From Acetobacteraceae bacterium (GTDB lineage Bacteria > Pseudomonadota > Alphaproteobacteria > Acetobacterales > Acetobacteraceae), in assembly GCA_003133065.1 (NCBI GenBank), contig PKZM01000020.1:36462-80424 (forward strand): a stretch of 43,963 nt of DNA, given 5' to 3'. Shown piece by piece: positions 9,427-17,769 of this stretch. Both the position numbers and the translations under genes were made by a program. Each line of letters starts with the position of its first letter. Within the stretch, counting starts at the first letter, position 1. The notes beneath the pieces are model-generated. The model ran no database searches and had not been told where the DNA came from. It was given only the letters and a program-made list of their open reading frames with translations.

Positions 9427-11373
9427 ATGACCAAGCCGGACGACATTTTCCGCCTGCATGCTACCCTCCACGAGCGTACCCGCGAGGTGGAGATGAGCCT
9501 CGTGGAATATCTGGACGCGTGCCGTGCCGATCCGCTGTGCTACGCGAGCCCGGCGGAGCGCATGTTGCGCGCCATCGGCGAGCCTGAGGTGATCGACACT
9601 TCCCGCGATCCGCGGATGAGCCGGCTGTTCCTCAATCGCACCATCCGCATCTATCCTGCTTTCTCCGAGTTCCACGGCATGGAAGAGACCATCGAGCGGA
9701 TCGTCGGCTTCTTCCGGCATGCGGCGCAGGGCCTGGAGGAGCGCAAGCAGGTGCTCTATCTGCTGGGCCCGGTGGGTGGCGGCAAATCCTCGCTGGGTGA
9801 GCGGCTGAAGGCGCTGATGGAGCGCGAGCCGATCTACGTGCTGAAGGCCGGCGCGCATCTGAGCCCGGTGTTCGAAAGTCCGCTGGGGCTGTTCGAGCCG
9901 GAGACGATGGGCGAGGCGCTGGCTGAGCGCTATGGCATCCCCAGGCGCGTGCTGACCGGCATTGCCAGCCCTTGGGCTCTGAAAAGGCTGGAGGAATTCG
10001 GCGGGGATATCCAGAAATTCCGGGTGGTGAAACTGTTCCCATCGCGCCGCAAGCAGATCGCGATCGCCAAGACCGAGCCGGGGGACGACAACAACCAGGA
10101 TATTTCCGCCCTGGTCGGCAAGGTGGATATCCGCAAGCTGGAGAGCTTTTCCCAGAATGATCCGGATGCCTACGGGTTTTCCGGCGGCCTGAACCGCGCC
10201 AACCAGGGCATCCTGGAATTCGTGGAAATGTTCAAGGCGCCGATCAAGATGCTGCATCCGCTGCTGACGGCGACGCAGGAAGGCAACTACCTGGGCACCG
10301 AGAACATCGGCGCCATTCCCTACCAGGGCATCATCCTGGCCCATTCCAACGAGGCGGAGTGGCAGAGTTTCCGCAACAACCGCACCAACGAGGCCTTCCT
10401 CGACCGTGTGAGCGTGGTGAAGGTGCCCTACTGCCTGCGGGTGACCGAGGAAGCCAGGATCTACGAGAAGCTGATCAGCGGCTCGGCCCTGGCCGAGGCG
10501 CCCTGCGCCCCGCATACGCTGGAGATGCTGGCGCGGTTCGCCGTGCTGTCGCGCCTGAAGCCGCATGCCAACTCGCGGCCCTTCGCGAAGATGCGGGTCT
10601 ATGACGGTGAGAATATCCGCGAGACCGATCCCAAAGTTAAGACAATGCAGGAGTATCGTGACGCCGCCGGCGTGGACGAGGGCATGGATGGGGTCTCCAC
10701 CCGTTTTGCCTACAAGGTGCTCTCAGCCACGTTCAACCACTCCTCCAGCGAGGTCGCGGCCGATCCCGTGCATCTCATGTATGTGCTGGAGCAGGCGATC
10801 CGCCGCGAGCAGTTTCCGCCCGAGACCGAGGCGGCTTACCTCGCCACCATCAAGAGCGAGTTGGCATCGCGCTACGCCGAGTTCATCGGCAACGAGATCC
10901 AGAAGGCATATCTGGAGAGCTATGGCGATTACGGCCAGAACCTGTTCGATCGTTACCTGGATTACGCGGATGCCTGGATCGAGGACCAGGACTTCAAGGA
11001 CCCCGATACCGGACAGATGCTGAACCGGGAGTTGCTGAATGCGGAGCTGACGAAGATCGAAAAGCCAGCCGGTATCGCCAACCCGAAGGATTTCCGTAAC
11101 GAGGTTGTGAAGTTCGCGCTGCGCACCAGGGCTGCCAATGGGGGGCGGAATCCGTCCTGGACCAGTTACGAGAAAATTCGTGAAGTTATTGAAAAGCGGA
11201 TGTTCAGCCAGGTCGAGGACCTTCTGCCGGTCATCAGCTTCGGCTCGAAGAAGGACAACGAGACGGAGAAGAAGCACAACGACTTCGTGGCCCGGATGGT
11301 CAGCCGGGGCTATACGGAGCGCCAGGTTCGCCGGCTGGTTGATTGGTACATGCGCGTGAAGCAATCCGCATGA
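9427..11373 (+). CDS. prkA: PrkA/YeaG family AAA+ serine protein kinase
   Basis: YASPAERML, GLEERKQVLYLLGPVGGGKSSL (Walker A), EPGDDNNQDISALVGKVDIRKL, EFVEMFKAPIKMLHPLLTATQEGNY; GGAG RBS before ATG 9427. Confidence 0.97.
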   Translation: MTKPDDIFRLHATLHERTREVEMSLVEYLDACRADPLCYASPAERMLRAIGEPEVIDTSRDPRMSRLFLNRTIRIYPAFSEFHGMEETIERIVGFFRHAAQGLEERKQVLYLLGPVGGGKSSLGERLKALMEREPIYVLKAGAHLSPVFESPLGLFEPETMGEALAERYGIPRRVLTGIASPWALKRLEEFGGDIQKFRVVKLFPSRRKQIAIAKTEPGDDNNQDISALVGKVDIRKLESFSQNDPDAYGFSGGLNRANQGILEFVEMFKAPIKMLHPLLTATQEGNYLGTENIGAIPYQGIILAHSNEAEWQSFRNNRTNEAFLDRVSVVKVPYCLRVTEEARIYEKLISGSALAEAPCAPHTLEMLARFAVLSRLKPHANSRPFAKMRVYDGENIRETDPKVKTMQEYRDAAGVDEGMDGVSTRFAYKVLSATFNHSSSEVAADPVHLMYVLEQAIRREQFPPETEAAYLATIKSELASRYAEFIGNEIQKAYLESYGDYGQNLFDRYLDYADAWIEDQDFKDPDTGQMLNRELLNAELTKIEKPAGIANPKDFRNEVVKFALRTRAANGGRNPSWTSYEKIREVIEKRMFSQVEDLLPVISFGSKKDNETEKKHNDFVARMVSRGYTERQVRRLVDWYMRVKQSA

Positions 11374-11479
11374 TGCAATAGAGTTTGCAACCTTGTGCGT
11401 TTCCGCATCAAATTCGCTTTGGGGATGGACGAGGGCCGGCGGCTTGCGTTGTCACCCCATGGGTCGCACATGACTGACG

Positions 11480-12802
11480 TTGGAAGTTGAGTTCCTAAAT
11501 TTGGACATTATCGACCGCAGGCCTAATCCGCACGGGAAAAACCTGGAAAACCGCCAGCGGGTGATCGCACGGGCACGCGCCGCAGTGGCGCGGGCCACAC
11601 GGGCGGCGATCGATGGCGGCACGCTGCGCGAGATCGGGCGGGACCAGGCGGTGACCATCCCCTCCGACACGTTGCACGAGCCGAGCTTTCACAGCGTGTT
11701 CAGCAAGGGACAACGCCAGATCGTGCTCTCCGGCAACAAGGTATTCTCCGCCGGCGACAGGCTGGCTCGGCCGCCTGGCGGCAGCGGCGGGGGCGGGGGC
11801 GGCGATGGCAGCGGCAGCGGCGATGGTGAGGCGCAGGACGGGTTCCGGTTCGTGCTCACACGAGATGAATTCCTGGACCTGTTCTTCGAGGATCTGGAAT
11901 TGCCGGACCTGGTGAAAAGCCAGATCGTGGCCACCGAAGCCATGACTCCGGTGCGGGCCGGTATCAGCGTGGATGGCTCCCCATCCCAGATCGACATGGG
12001 GCGCACGATGCGCCAGTCCATGGCGCGGCGGATCGGGCTGCGGCGGCCCAAAACACCCGATGTTCTGGCGCTGGAGATCGAGATCGAGCGGCTGGAGGCG
12101 GAAGCGCGCGACGGCAGCGATCGCGCCGAGCCATTGGCGGCGCTGCGGGGGGAGCTGGAAATGGTTCTGCGGCGCATGGCGCGGGTGCCGTGGATCGATC
12201 CCGTGGATCTGCGGTACCGGCGTTATACCCAGGCGCCCAAGCCCACGGCCCGGGCGGTGATGTTCTGCCTGATGGATGTGTCGGGATCGATGAGCGAATC
12301 GATGAAGGACCTGGCCAAGCGCTTCTTCCTGCTGCTGCACGTGTTTCTGGAGCGGCGCTACAAGCGGGTGGAGCTGGTGTTCATCCGGCATACGGAAACC
12401 GCCGAGGAAGTGGACGAGAACACCTTCTTCACCGATCCGCGCACCGGCGGCACGGTGGTTTCCACCGCTTTCGCTGAATTCGTGCGCATCCAGCGGGCGC
12501 GCTTCCCCGACGATAGCTGGAACATCTACGCCGCCCAGGCCTCCGACGGCGATAATTCCAGCATGGATACGCGCCAGGCCATGTCCATGCTGGAGGGACA
12601 GATCCTGCCCGTGGTGCAACATTTCGCCTATATCGAGGTGGCAGCCTCCGCCGCGCATATCCGCGGCGAGAGCGATCTGTGGCGCGGCTATGCGCCGCTC
12701 TCGCAACGGGAGCCGAAATTGGCCATGCGGCGTGTGGCTGAGCCGAAGGATATTTTCCCGGTGTTCCGGGAGTTGTTCGGGCGGAAGGTGGCGACGCCGT
12801 AA
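11480..12802 (+). CDS. yeaH: YeaH/YhbH (UPF0229) vWA-domain protein
   Basis: IIDRRPN, EFLDLFFEDLELPDL, AVMFCLMDVSGSM, WNIYAAQASDGDN; follows prkA. Start may be TTG 11501. Confidence 0.95.
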   Translation: MEVEFLNLDIIDRRPNPHGKNLENRQRVIARARAAVARATRAAIDGGTLREIGRDQAVTIPSDTLHEPSFHSVFSKGQRQIVLSGNKVFSAGDRLARPPGGSGGGGGGDGSGSGDGEAQDGFRFVLTRDEFLDLFFEDLELPDLVKSQIVATEAMTPVRAGISVDGSPSQIDMGRTMRQSMARRIGLRRPKTPDVLALEIEIERLEAEARDGSDRAEPLAALRGELEMVLRRMARVPWIDPVDLRYRRYTQAPKPTARAVMFCLMDVSGSMSESMKDLAKRFFLLLHVFLERRYKRVELVFIRHTETAEEVDENTFFTDPRTGGTVVSTAFAEFVRIQRARFPDDSWNIYAAQASDGDNSSMDTRQAMSMLEGQILPVVQHFAYIEVAASAAHIRGESDLWRGYAPLSQREPKLAMRRVAEPKDIFPVFRELFGRKVATP

Positions 12803-12856
12803 GAAAGAGAGAGAGAGAGACTCTTCTTTTTTGAAAAAAAGAAGCAAAAAACTTTT
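12803..12856 (+). repeat. AT-rich hairpin repeat locus 3 (solo arm with (GA)7 tail)
   Basis: gaaagagagagagagagact followed by cttcttttttgaaaaaaagaagcaaaaaactttt (12823-12856). Confidence 0.93.
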
Positions 12857-12873
12857 GGTCCTTGGGGTGTCGG

Positions 12874-14400
12874 ATGGATAACCAGCTGCTTTATGCGGGG
12901 ACTGATTGGGATTTTTCCACGCTTCGGCGCAGCTATGAGGCGATTGAACGAATCGCGTGCGACGAACTGGGCCTGGAGGTGTATCCGAACCGCATCGAGG
13001 TGATCACCTCGGAGCAGATGCTGGACGTGTATACGGCCCACGGCATGCCGTTGACATACCGGCACTGGTCTTACGGCAAACGGTTTCTGCAGCACGAGAC
13101 GAGCTACCGACGCGGCTATACGAGCCTCGCCTACGAGGTCGTGATCAATTCAAACCCCTGCATCAGCTATCTGATGGAAGGCAATACCGCCACGATGCAG
13201 GCGCTGGTGATCGCGCATGCAGCCTTTGGGCACAATCATTTTTTCCGCAACAACCATTTGTTCCAGCAATGGACGGATGCGTCCGCCATCCTCGATTACC
13301 TGGAGTTCGCCCGCACCTATATCGGTAGCTGCGAGGACAAGTATGGCGTCGGGGCGACGGAGCGCGTGCTGGATGCGGCACACGCACTCTCTCGCCACGG
13401 GGTCAACCGGCACGGCGGCGCGCGGCCGCTGAATCTGAAGATCGATCAGAAGCGGGAGCGCGAGCGGCGCGAATACGACGAGAAGATTTTCGATGATCTG
13501 TGGCGCACCGTGCCGGTGGGCAAGGCCGCGCCTGAATCCGATCCTATTGGAGAGCGCCGGCGCAAGCTTGGTCTGCCGGAAGAAAACCTGCTGTATTTCA
13601 TTGAGAAAACCTCACCCAAACTGCAGTTCTGGGAGCGCGAGATCATCCGCATCGTGCGGCTGATCGCCCAGTATTTCTATCCCCAGCCGCAAGCCAAGGT
13701 GATGAACGAAGGCTGCGCCACCTGGGTGCATCAGCGCGTGATGACGCGGCTGCACGAGACGGGGCAGATCGACGATGCGGCCTTTCTGGAAGTGCTGCAC
13801 TCGACGGCCAATGTGATCATGCAGCCCGGCTTCGATCATCCGGCGGGCGGGCCGGGGTTCAATCCCTACGCGCTCGGCTACGCGATGATGAGCGATATCG
13901 AGCGCATCTGCACGTCCCCCACCGCGGAAGACCGCGATTGGTTCCCCGATATCGCCGGCAACCGCAATCCGCTTGGCACGCTGCGCTACGCCTGGGCCAA
14001 TTTCCGCGATGAGAGTTTTATTCTGCAATATCTTTCACCGGCAGTGATGCGGCAGTTCAAGATGTTCCGCCTGCTCGATGATACCGCGGACAAGGACCTG
14101 CTGGTGGATGCGATCCACGACGATGCCGGCTACCGCGCCATTCGCCGCAGCCTCGCGCAAAGCTACGATCCGGCCACGCACGATGCCGATGTGCAGGTGG
14201 TGGATGTGGATCTGGCAGGCGATCGCAAGCTGATTTTGCAACACCGCACGCGCGCCGGGCAGTTGCTGGCGCAGCCTGATGCGGATCTGACGCTGAAGCA
14301 TATCGCCACGCTGTGGGGGTATGAGGTGCGCATGCAGGAAGTGGATGGGGAGACGGAGGCGGTGCTGGCGTCGCACAGCGCGGGGCCGCCGGGCAAGTAA
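12874..14400 (+). CDS. ycgB: SpoVR/YcgB family protein
   Basis: IEVITSEQMLD, YRHWSYGK, LAYEVVINSNPCISYLME, IAHAAFGHNHFF, QYFYPQ, VMNEGCAT. Confidence 0.96.
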   Translation: MDNQLLYAGTDWDFSTLRRSYEAIERIACDELGLEVYPNRIEVITSEQMLDVYTAHGMPLTYRHWSYGKRFLQHETSYRRGYTSLAYEVVINSNPCISYLMEGNTATMQALVIAHAAFGHNHFFRNNHLFQQWTDASAILDYLEFARTYIGSCEDKYGVGATERVLDAAHALSRHGVNRHGGARPLNLKIDQKRERERREYDEKIFDDLWRTVPVGKAAPESDPIGERRRKLGLPEENLLYFIEKTSPKLQFWEREIIRIVRLIAQYFYPQPQAKVMNEGCATWVHQRVMTRLHETGQIDDAAFLEVLHSTANVIMQPGFDHPAGGPGFNPYALGYAMMSDIERICTSPTAEDRDWFPDIAGNRNPLGTLRYAWANFRDESFILQYLSPAVMRQFKMFRLLDDTADKDLLVDAIHDDAGYRAIRRSLAQSYDPATHDADVQVVDVDLAGDRKLILQHRTRAGQLLAQPDADLTLKHIATLWGYEVRMQEVDGETEAVLASHSAGPPGK

Positions 14401-14521
14401 GGAAGGTCTTCTTTTTTGAAAAAAGAAGCAAAAACTTTTATCCTTTGCGCCCGCTTCCGGAAAGTCCCACACCAACAGTCTAAAGTTTTTTGCTTCTTTT
14501 TTTCAAAAAAGAAGTCCTTCC
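14401..14521. repeat. AT-rich hairpin repeat locus 4 (inverted pair, 42-nt core)
   Basis: ggaaggt+arm 14401-14439, core 14440-14481, reverse arm+tccttcc 14482-14521. Confidence 0.95.
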
Positions 14522-14626
14522 TTCTTCATGGCGGTCAATTTTTCGCGCCCGGCCGGAACTGCGGGGCGTCGCCACGCGTGTGCAACGCGGTGCGCGCGGG
14601 TGCGCGACGTTTGAGGATTTCCCAAC

Positions 14627-15136
14627 ATGATCACATTTTCCCTCAAGGGCGGCCTGTGCGGCCTAGCTATTGCGGTGTCGGCTGCCGGCCTGGCAGGCTG
14701 CGCGACGCAGCAGACCGTCACGCAGAACACCGAGCAGATACTCGCCGCCGCAGGTTTTCTGCAGAAACCCGCTAATACCCCGCATCGCGAGGCCCGCCTG
14801 GCGGCGCTGCAGCCTTACCATATCCTCTCGCAGCGCCTGATGGTCCACGGACAGGATACGGTCGGCTATGTATATGCCGATCCGCAGTATTGCCACTGTG
14901 TGTATGTGGGCGATCCGACCGCGTATCAGCGTTTTCAGCAATTGGCGTTGCAGCAGCAGATGCAGCAGCAGCAGATTGCCGCCGCGGACATGGCCTATAA
15001 CGACAGCTTTGGCTGGGGCGATTGGGGGCCGTATCCCTATTGGGGCGGCGGCGGCGGCGACGTGGTGGTGTATGGTGGTGGCGGGTTCCACGGCGGCGGT
15101 GGCGGCTTCCACGGCGGGGGTGGCGGGCATCATTGA
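14627..15136 (+). CDS. Lipoprotein with Gln-rich segment and Gly-rich tail
   Basis: GAGG RBS, lipobox LAGC, LAAAGF and YVYADPQYCHCVYVG motifs, QQQMQQQQ, GGGGFHGGGGGFHGGGG. Confidence 0.85.
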   Translation: MITFSLKGGLCGLAIAVSAAGLAGCATQQTVTQNTEQILAAAGFLQKPANTPHREARLAALQPYHILSQRLMVHGQDTVGYVYADPQYCHCVYVGDPTAYQRFQQLALQQQMQQQQIAAADMAYNDSFGWGDWGPYPYWGGGGGDVVVYGGGGFHGGGGGFHGGGGGHH

Positions 15137-15140
15137 ATAG

Positions 15141-15264
15141 GGAAGGTCTTCTTTTTTGAAAAAAAGAAGCAAAAAACTTTTGACTGTTGGCGTCTAACTC
15201 TCCGGAAGCGCGCGCTAAGGGATAAAAGTTTTTTGGTTATTTTTTTCAAAAAAGAACACCTTCC
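15141..15264. repeat. AT-rich hairpin repeat locus 5 (inverted pair, 42-nt core)
   Basis: Forward arm 15141-15181, core 15182-15223, reverse arm 15224-15264; lies between convergent genes. Confidence 0.95.
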
Positions 15265-15269
15265 TTCAG

Positions 15270-17606
15270 TTACTCCCTGACCACATAAGTATAAAATCGA
15301 ATTGACCCATCCGGCTCCCGCCCGCGGTAAACACCCTGGATCTCGTTATCCAGCCCCGGGAATTTATTCGCGGCCCGCTCGAAGATTCGCAAATAGTCGA
15401 TCATCGGTCGGGCCCGCGAGTCCACGCGCTCGCCGGGGATGATGGTGGCGATGCCGGGTGGGTAGACGACCCAGAGTGTGGTGGCGATGCGGCCCTCCAC
15501 CTGGTCGATCGGCACGAAATCGACGTTATTGCGCACCAGTTCACGCACCGCCTGGTCAGGCCGCATCGCCATCACAGGGAAGTGGTCGCGCTGGAATTGT
15601 TGGCGTTGCAAGCTGCTGGTGTCGTGCGTGCGGTAAAAATCGTGGATTTCGGCACACAGATCACGCAGGCCAATTTTCGAGTAGCGCTTGGGGCGCTGGC
15701 GCACGAAATCGGGCATCACATCGTCCAGCAGGCGGTTATCGTCGTGCAGGCGCTTGAAGAACACCAGCGCGCTGAGCAGCGTGCCCGCCTTGCTGCTTTC
15801 CACCCCGGGGGTGAGGAGGAAAAGGATCGAGTTCAGATCGTTTTTTTCCGGTACGATGCGGTTTTCGCGCAGAAACACGGCGAGCACCGGGGCGGGGACA
15901 CCATGGGCGGTATGTTCGCCGGTGGCGCGGTCGAAGCCGGGCGTGAGCAAGGTGAGCTTGTTGGGATCGGTAATGGCGAAACCAGCTTTCACATCACCAA
16001 AACCATGCCAACTCTGCTCGGGGCCGAGCGCCCAATAGGCGGGGGTCACGGCGAGTTCGTCGGTGGGCACGTTTTCCCAGCGGATTTCCTCGCCCTGTCG
16101 AATCACCTTGTCCGGCACGAAAGGTTCGAAGAACCAGCGGCGGTTCGGATCATCCTCGCGGACCAGGATTTCCTCGCGGATTGCGCGGATCTTCTTGCGT
16201 AGCTCGATGCCGAGGCGGATCGTATCGTCCCACAGCACTTCACCCTGGCGGCCCTTCATCATTTGCGCCCCGACATCGAGCGAGGCGAATAGCGGGTAGA
16301 AGGGCGACGTCGATGCGTGCATCATGAAAAATTCATTGAATCGGCGATGTTCCACGCGGCGTCGCTGACCTTTGATGTGGTTGTCGCGCATGTGGATCTG
16401 GCTGGATTGGCTGAAGCCGGCGAGTTGCTTGTGGGTGGATTGCGTGGCGATGATGCCCGGGCTGTCCGGCCCGAGTTTGTCCAGCCCCATGGCGAAGCGG
16501 CCGCGGTAGAGGGGGTGGAATTTCATGAAGCCGGCCCAGGCTTCGTCGAACATGATGTAGTCGCAGAGATGGCCGAGTTTTTCGAGGATCATTTCGGCGC
16601 TGTAGATCGTGCCGTCGTAGCTGCACTGCTCGATGACGGCCACTCGGAAGGGGCGCGGGCGCTGCCAGGCGGTGGGGTCGGTGACGAGGGGATTGGCCCG
16701 GATGCTCTCGCGAATGTCCTTTTCATCGAGTGCGGCGAAATCGATCGGTCCGATCATGCCGTGCGCGTTGCGGGCGGTGGGGATGAAGATGGGGATGCCG
16801 CAGCCGAGATACAGCGCGCCGTGATGCGCGGCCTTGTGGTTGTTGCGGTCGAACAGCACCAGATCGTCGTCGGCCACCAGCGATTGCAGAACCACCTTGT
16901 TGGAGGTTGATGTGCCGTTGAGCACGAAATAGGTGCGTTCGGCACCGAATATCTTTGCGGCCTCCATCTGGGCGCGAAGCGGCGCCCCCTCGTGGATCAG
17001 CAGGTCGCCGAGGTCGAGCACGGAATTGTCCAGATCGTCGCGGAAAACGGCTTCGCCGAGATGTTCGACGAACACGCGCCCGATCGGGCTGCGCGAATAG
17101 AACACGCCGCCATTGTGGCCCGGGCAGGTCCAGAGCTGATTGCCCTGTTCGGCGAAATCCAGCAGCGCGCCGAAGAAGGGCGTGCGCAGGGCCTCGGCGT
17201 AGTGGCGCAGATGGCTGGCGAGATTCTTGGCGATGAATTCAGGGGTTTCCTCGGCGAGGAAGACATAGCCATCAGCTTCGTGGAGCACGTCCACGGGGAT
17301 GTCCTCGAAACGCTGGCGGCGGACGAGGATGATGATCGGCACATCCAGGCCGCGCTTACGGATGAAGGAAACCAGCGCCGCCGCCTTGCCCTGCGGGCCG
17401 CGGCGGCCCCAATCCACCACCACGCAGCCAACGGCGGCATCGGTGCGGATCACCAGCTCGGCGTCCTCGGTGCGGTGCGCGCGCAGCGAGGCAAAACCGA
17501 TTCGCTCGATTTCGACGGTGATCTGCTCGAGGCGCTCGCCTTCGATGTCGCCGGCCTCGAAGGCGGGGGCGCAGATGAGGAATTTGAAGCGGCGTTCGAA
17601 TTGCAT
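15270..17606 (-). CDS. Orn/Lys/Arg decarboxylase (fold type I PLP), likely ornithine decarboxylase
   Basis: CPGHNGG, LGDLLIHEG, TYFVLNGTSTSNK, FDEAW, PLP-lysine motif QSTHKQLAGFSQSSQIH, STSPFYPLFASLD. Confidence 0.95.
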   Translation of the reverse strand: MQFERRFKFLICAPAFEAGDIEGERLEQITVEIERIGFASLRAHRTEDAELVIRTDAAVGCVVVDWGRRGPQGKAAALVSFIRKRGLDVPIIILVRRQRFEDIPVDVLHEADGYVFLAEETPEFIAKNLASHLRHYAEALRTPFFGALLDFAEQGNQLWTCPGHNGGVFYSRSPIGRVFVEHLGEAVFRDDLDNSVLDLGDLLIHEGAPLRAQMEAAKIFGAERTYFVLNGTSTSNKVVLQSLVADDDLVLFDRNNHKAAHHGALYLGCGIPIFIPTARNAHGMIGPIDFAALDEKDIRESIRANPLVTDPTAWQRPRPFRVAVIEQCSYDGTIYSAEMILEKLGHLCDYIMFDEAWAGFMKFHPLYRGRFAMGLDKLGPDSPGIIATQSTHKQLAGFSQSSQIHMRDNHIKGQRRRVEHRRFNEFFMMHASTSPFYPLFASLDVGAQMMKGRQGEVLWDDTIRLGIELRKKIRAIREEILVREDDPNRRWFFEPFVPDKVIRQGEEIRWENVPTDELAVTPAYWALGPEQSWHGFGDVKAGFAITDPNKLTLLTPGFDRATGEHTAHGVPAPVLAVFLRENRIVPEKNDLNSILFLLTPGVESSKAGTLLSALVFFKRLHDDNRLLDDVMPDFVRQRPKRYSKIGLRDLCAEIHDFYRTHDTSSLQRQQFQRDHFPVMAMRPDQAVRELVRNNVDFVPIDQVEGRIATTLWVVYPPGIATIIPGERVDSRARPMIDYLRIFERAANKFPGLDNEIQGVYRGREPDGSIRFYTYVVRE

Positions 17607-17620
17607 CGGGGTTCCAAGAA

Positions 17621-17763
17621 AGAAAGAGTGTTCTTTTTTGAAAAAAGAACCAAAAAACTTTTACCCGTTCGCCTTCACCGGGCACCCGACACAGCAGTCA
17701 CAGCGCGTACCTGAAAAGATAAAAGTTTTTTGGTTCTTTTTTTCAAAAAAGAACACTCTTTCT
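17621..17763. repeat. AT-rich hairpin repeat locus 6 (inverted pair, 58-nt core)
   Basis: agaaagagtgttcttttttgaaaaaagaaccaaaaaactttt (17621-17662) and its near-perfect reverse complement (17721-17763). Confidence 0.95.
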
Positions 17764-17769
17764 CTTGCC

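Noticed and set aside
11775-11830. GGC-rich tandem repeats (also 15043-15126)
   Set aside because: Explained by Gly-rich coding linkers.
14554-14580. EcfG-like promoter before the 14627 lipoprotein
   Set aside because: GGAAC is present but the -10 element (CGTG at N17) is weak in GC-rich context, so support is insufficient.
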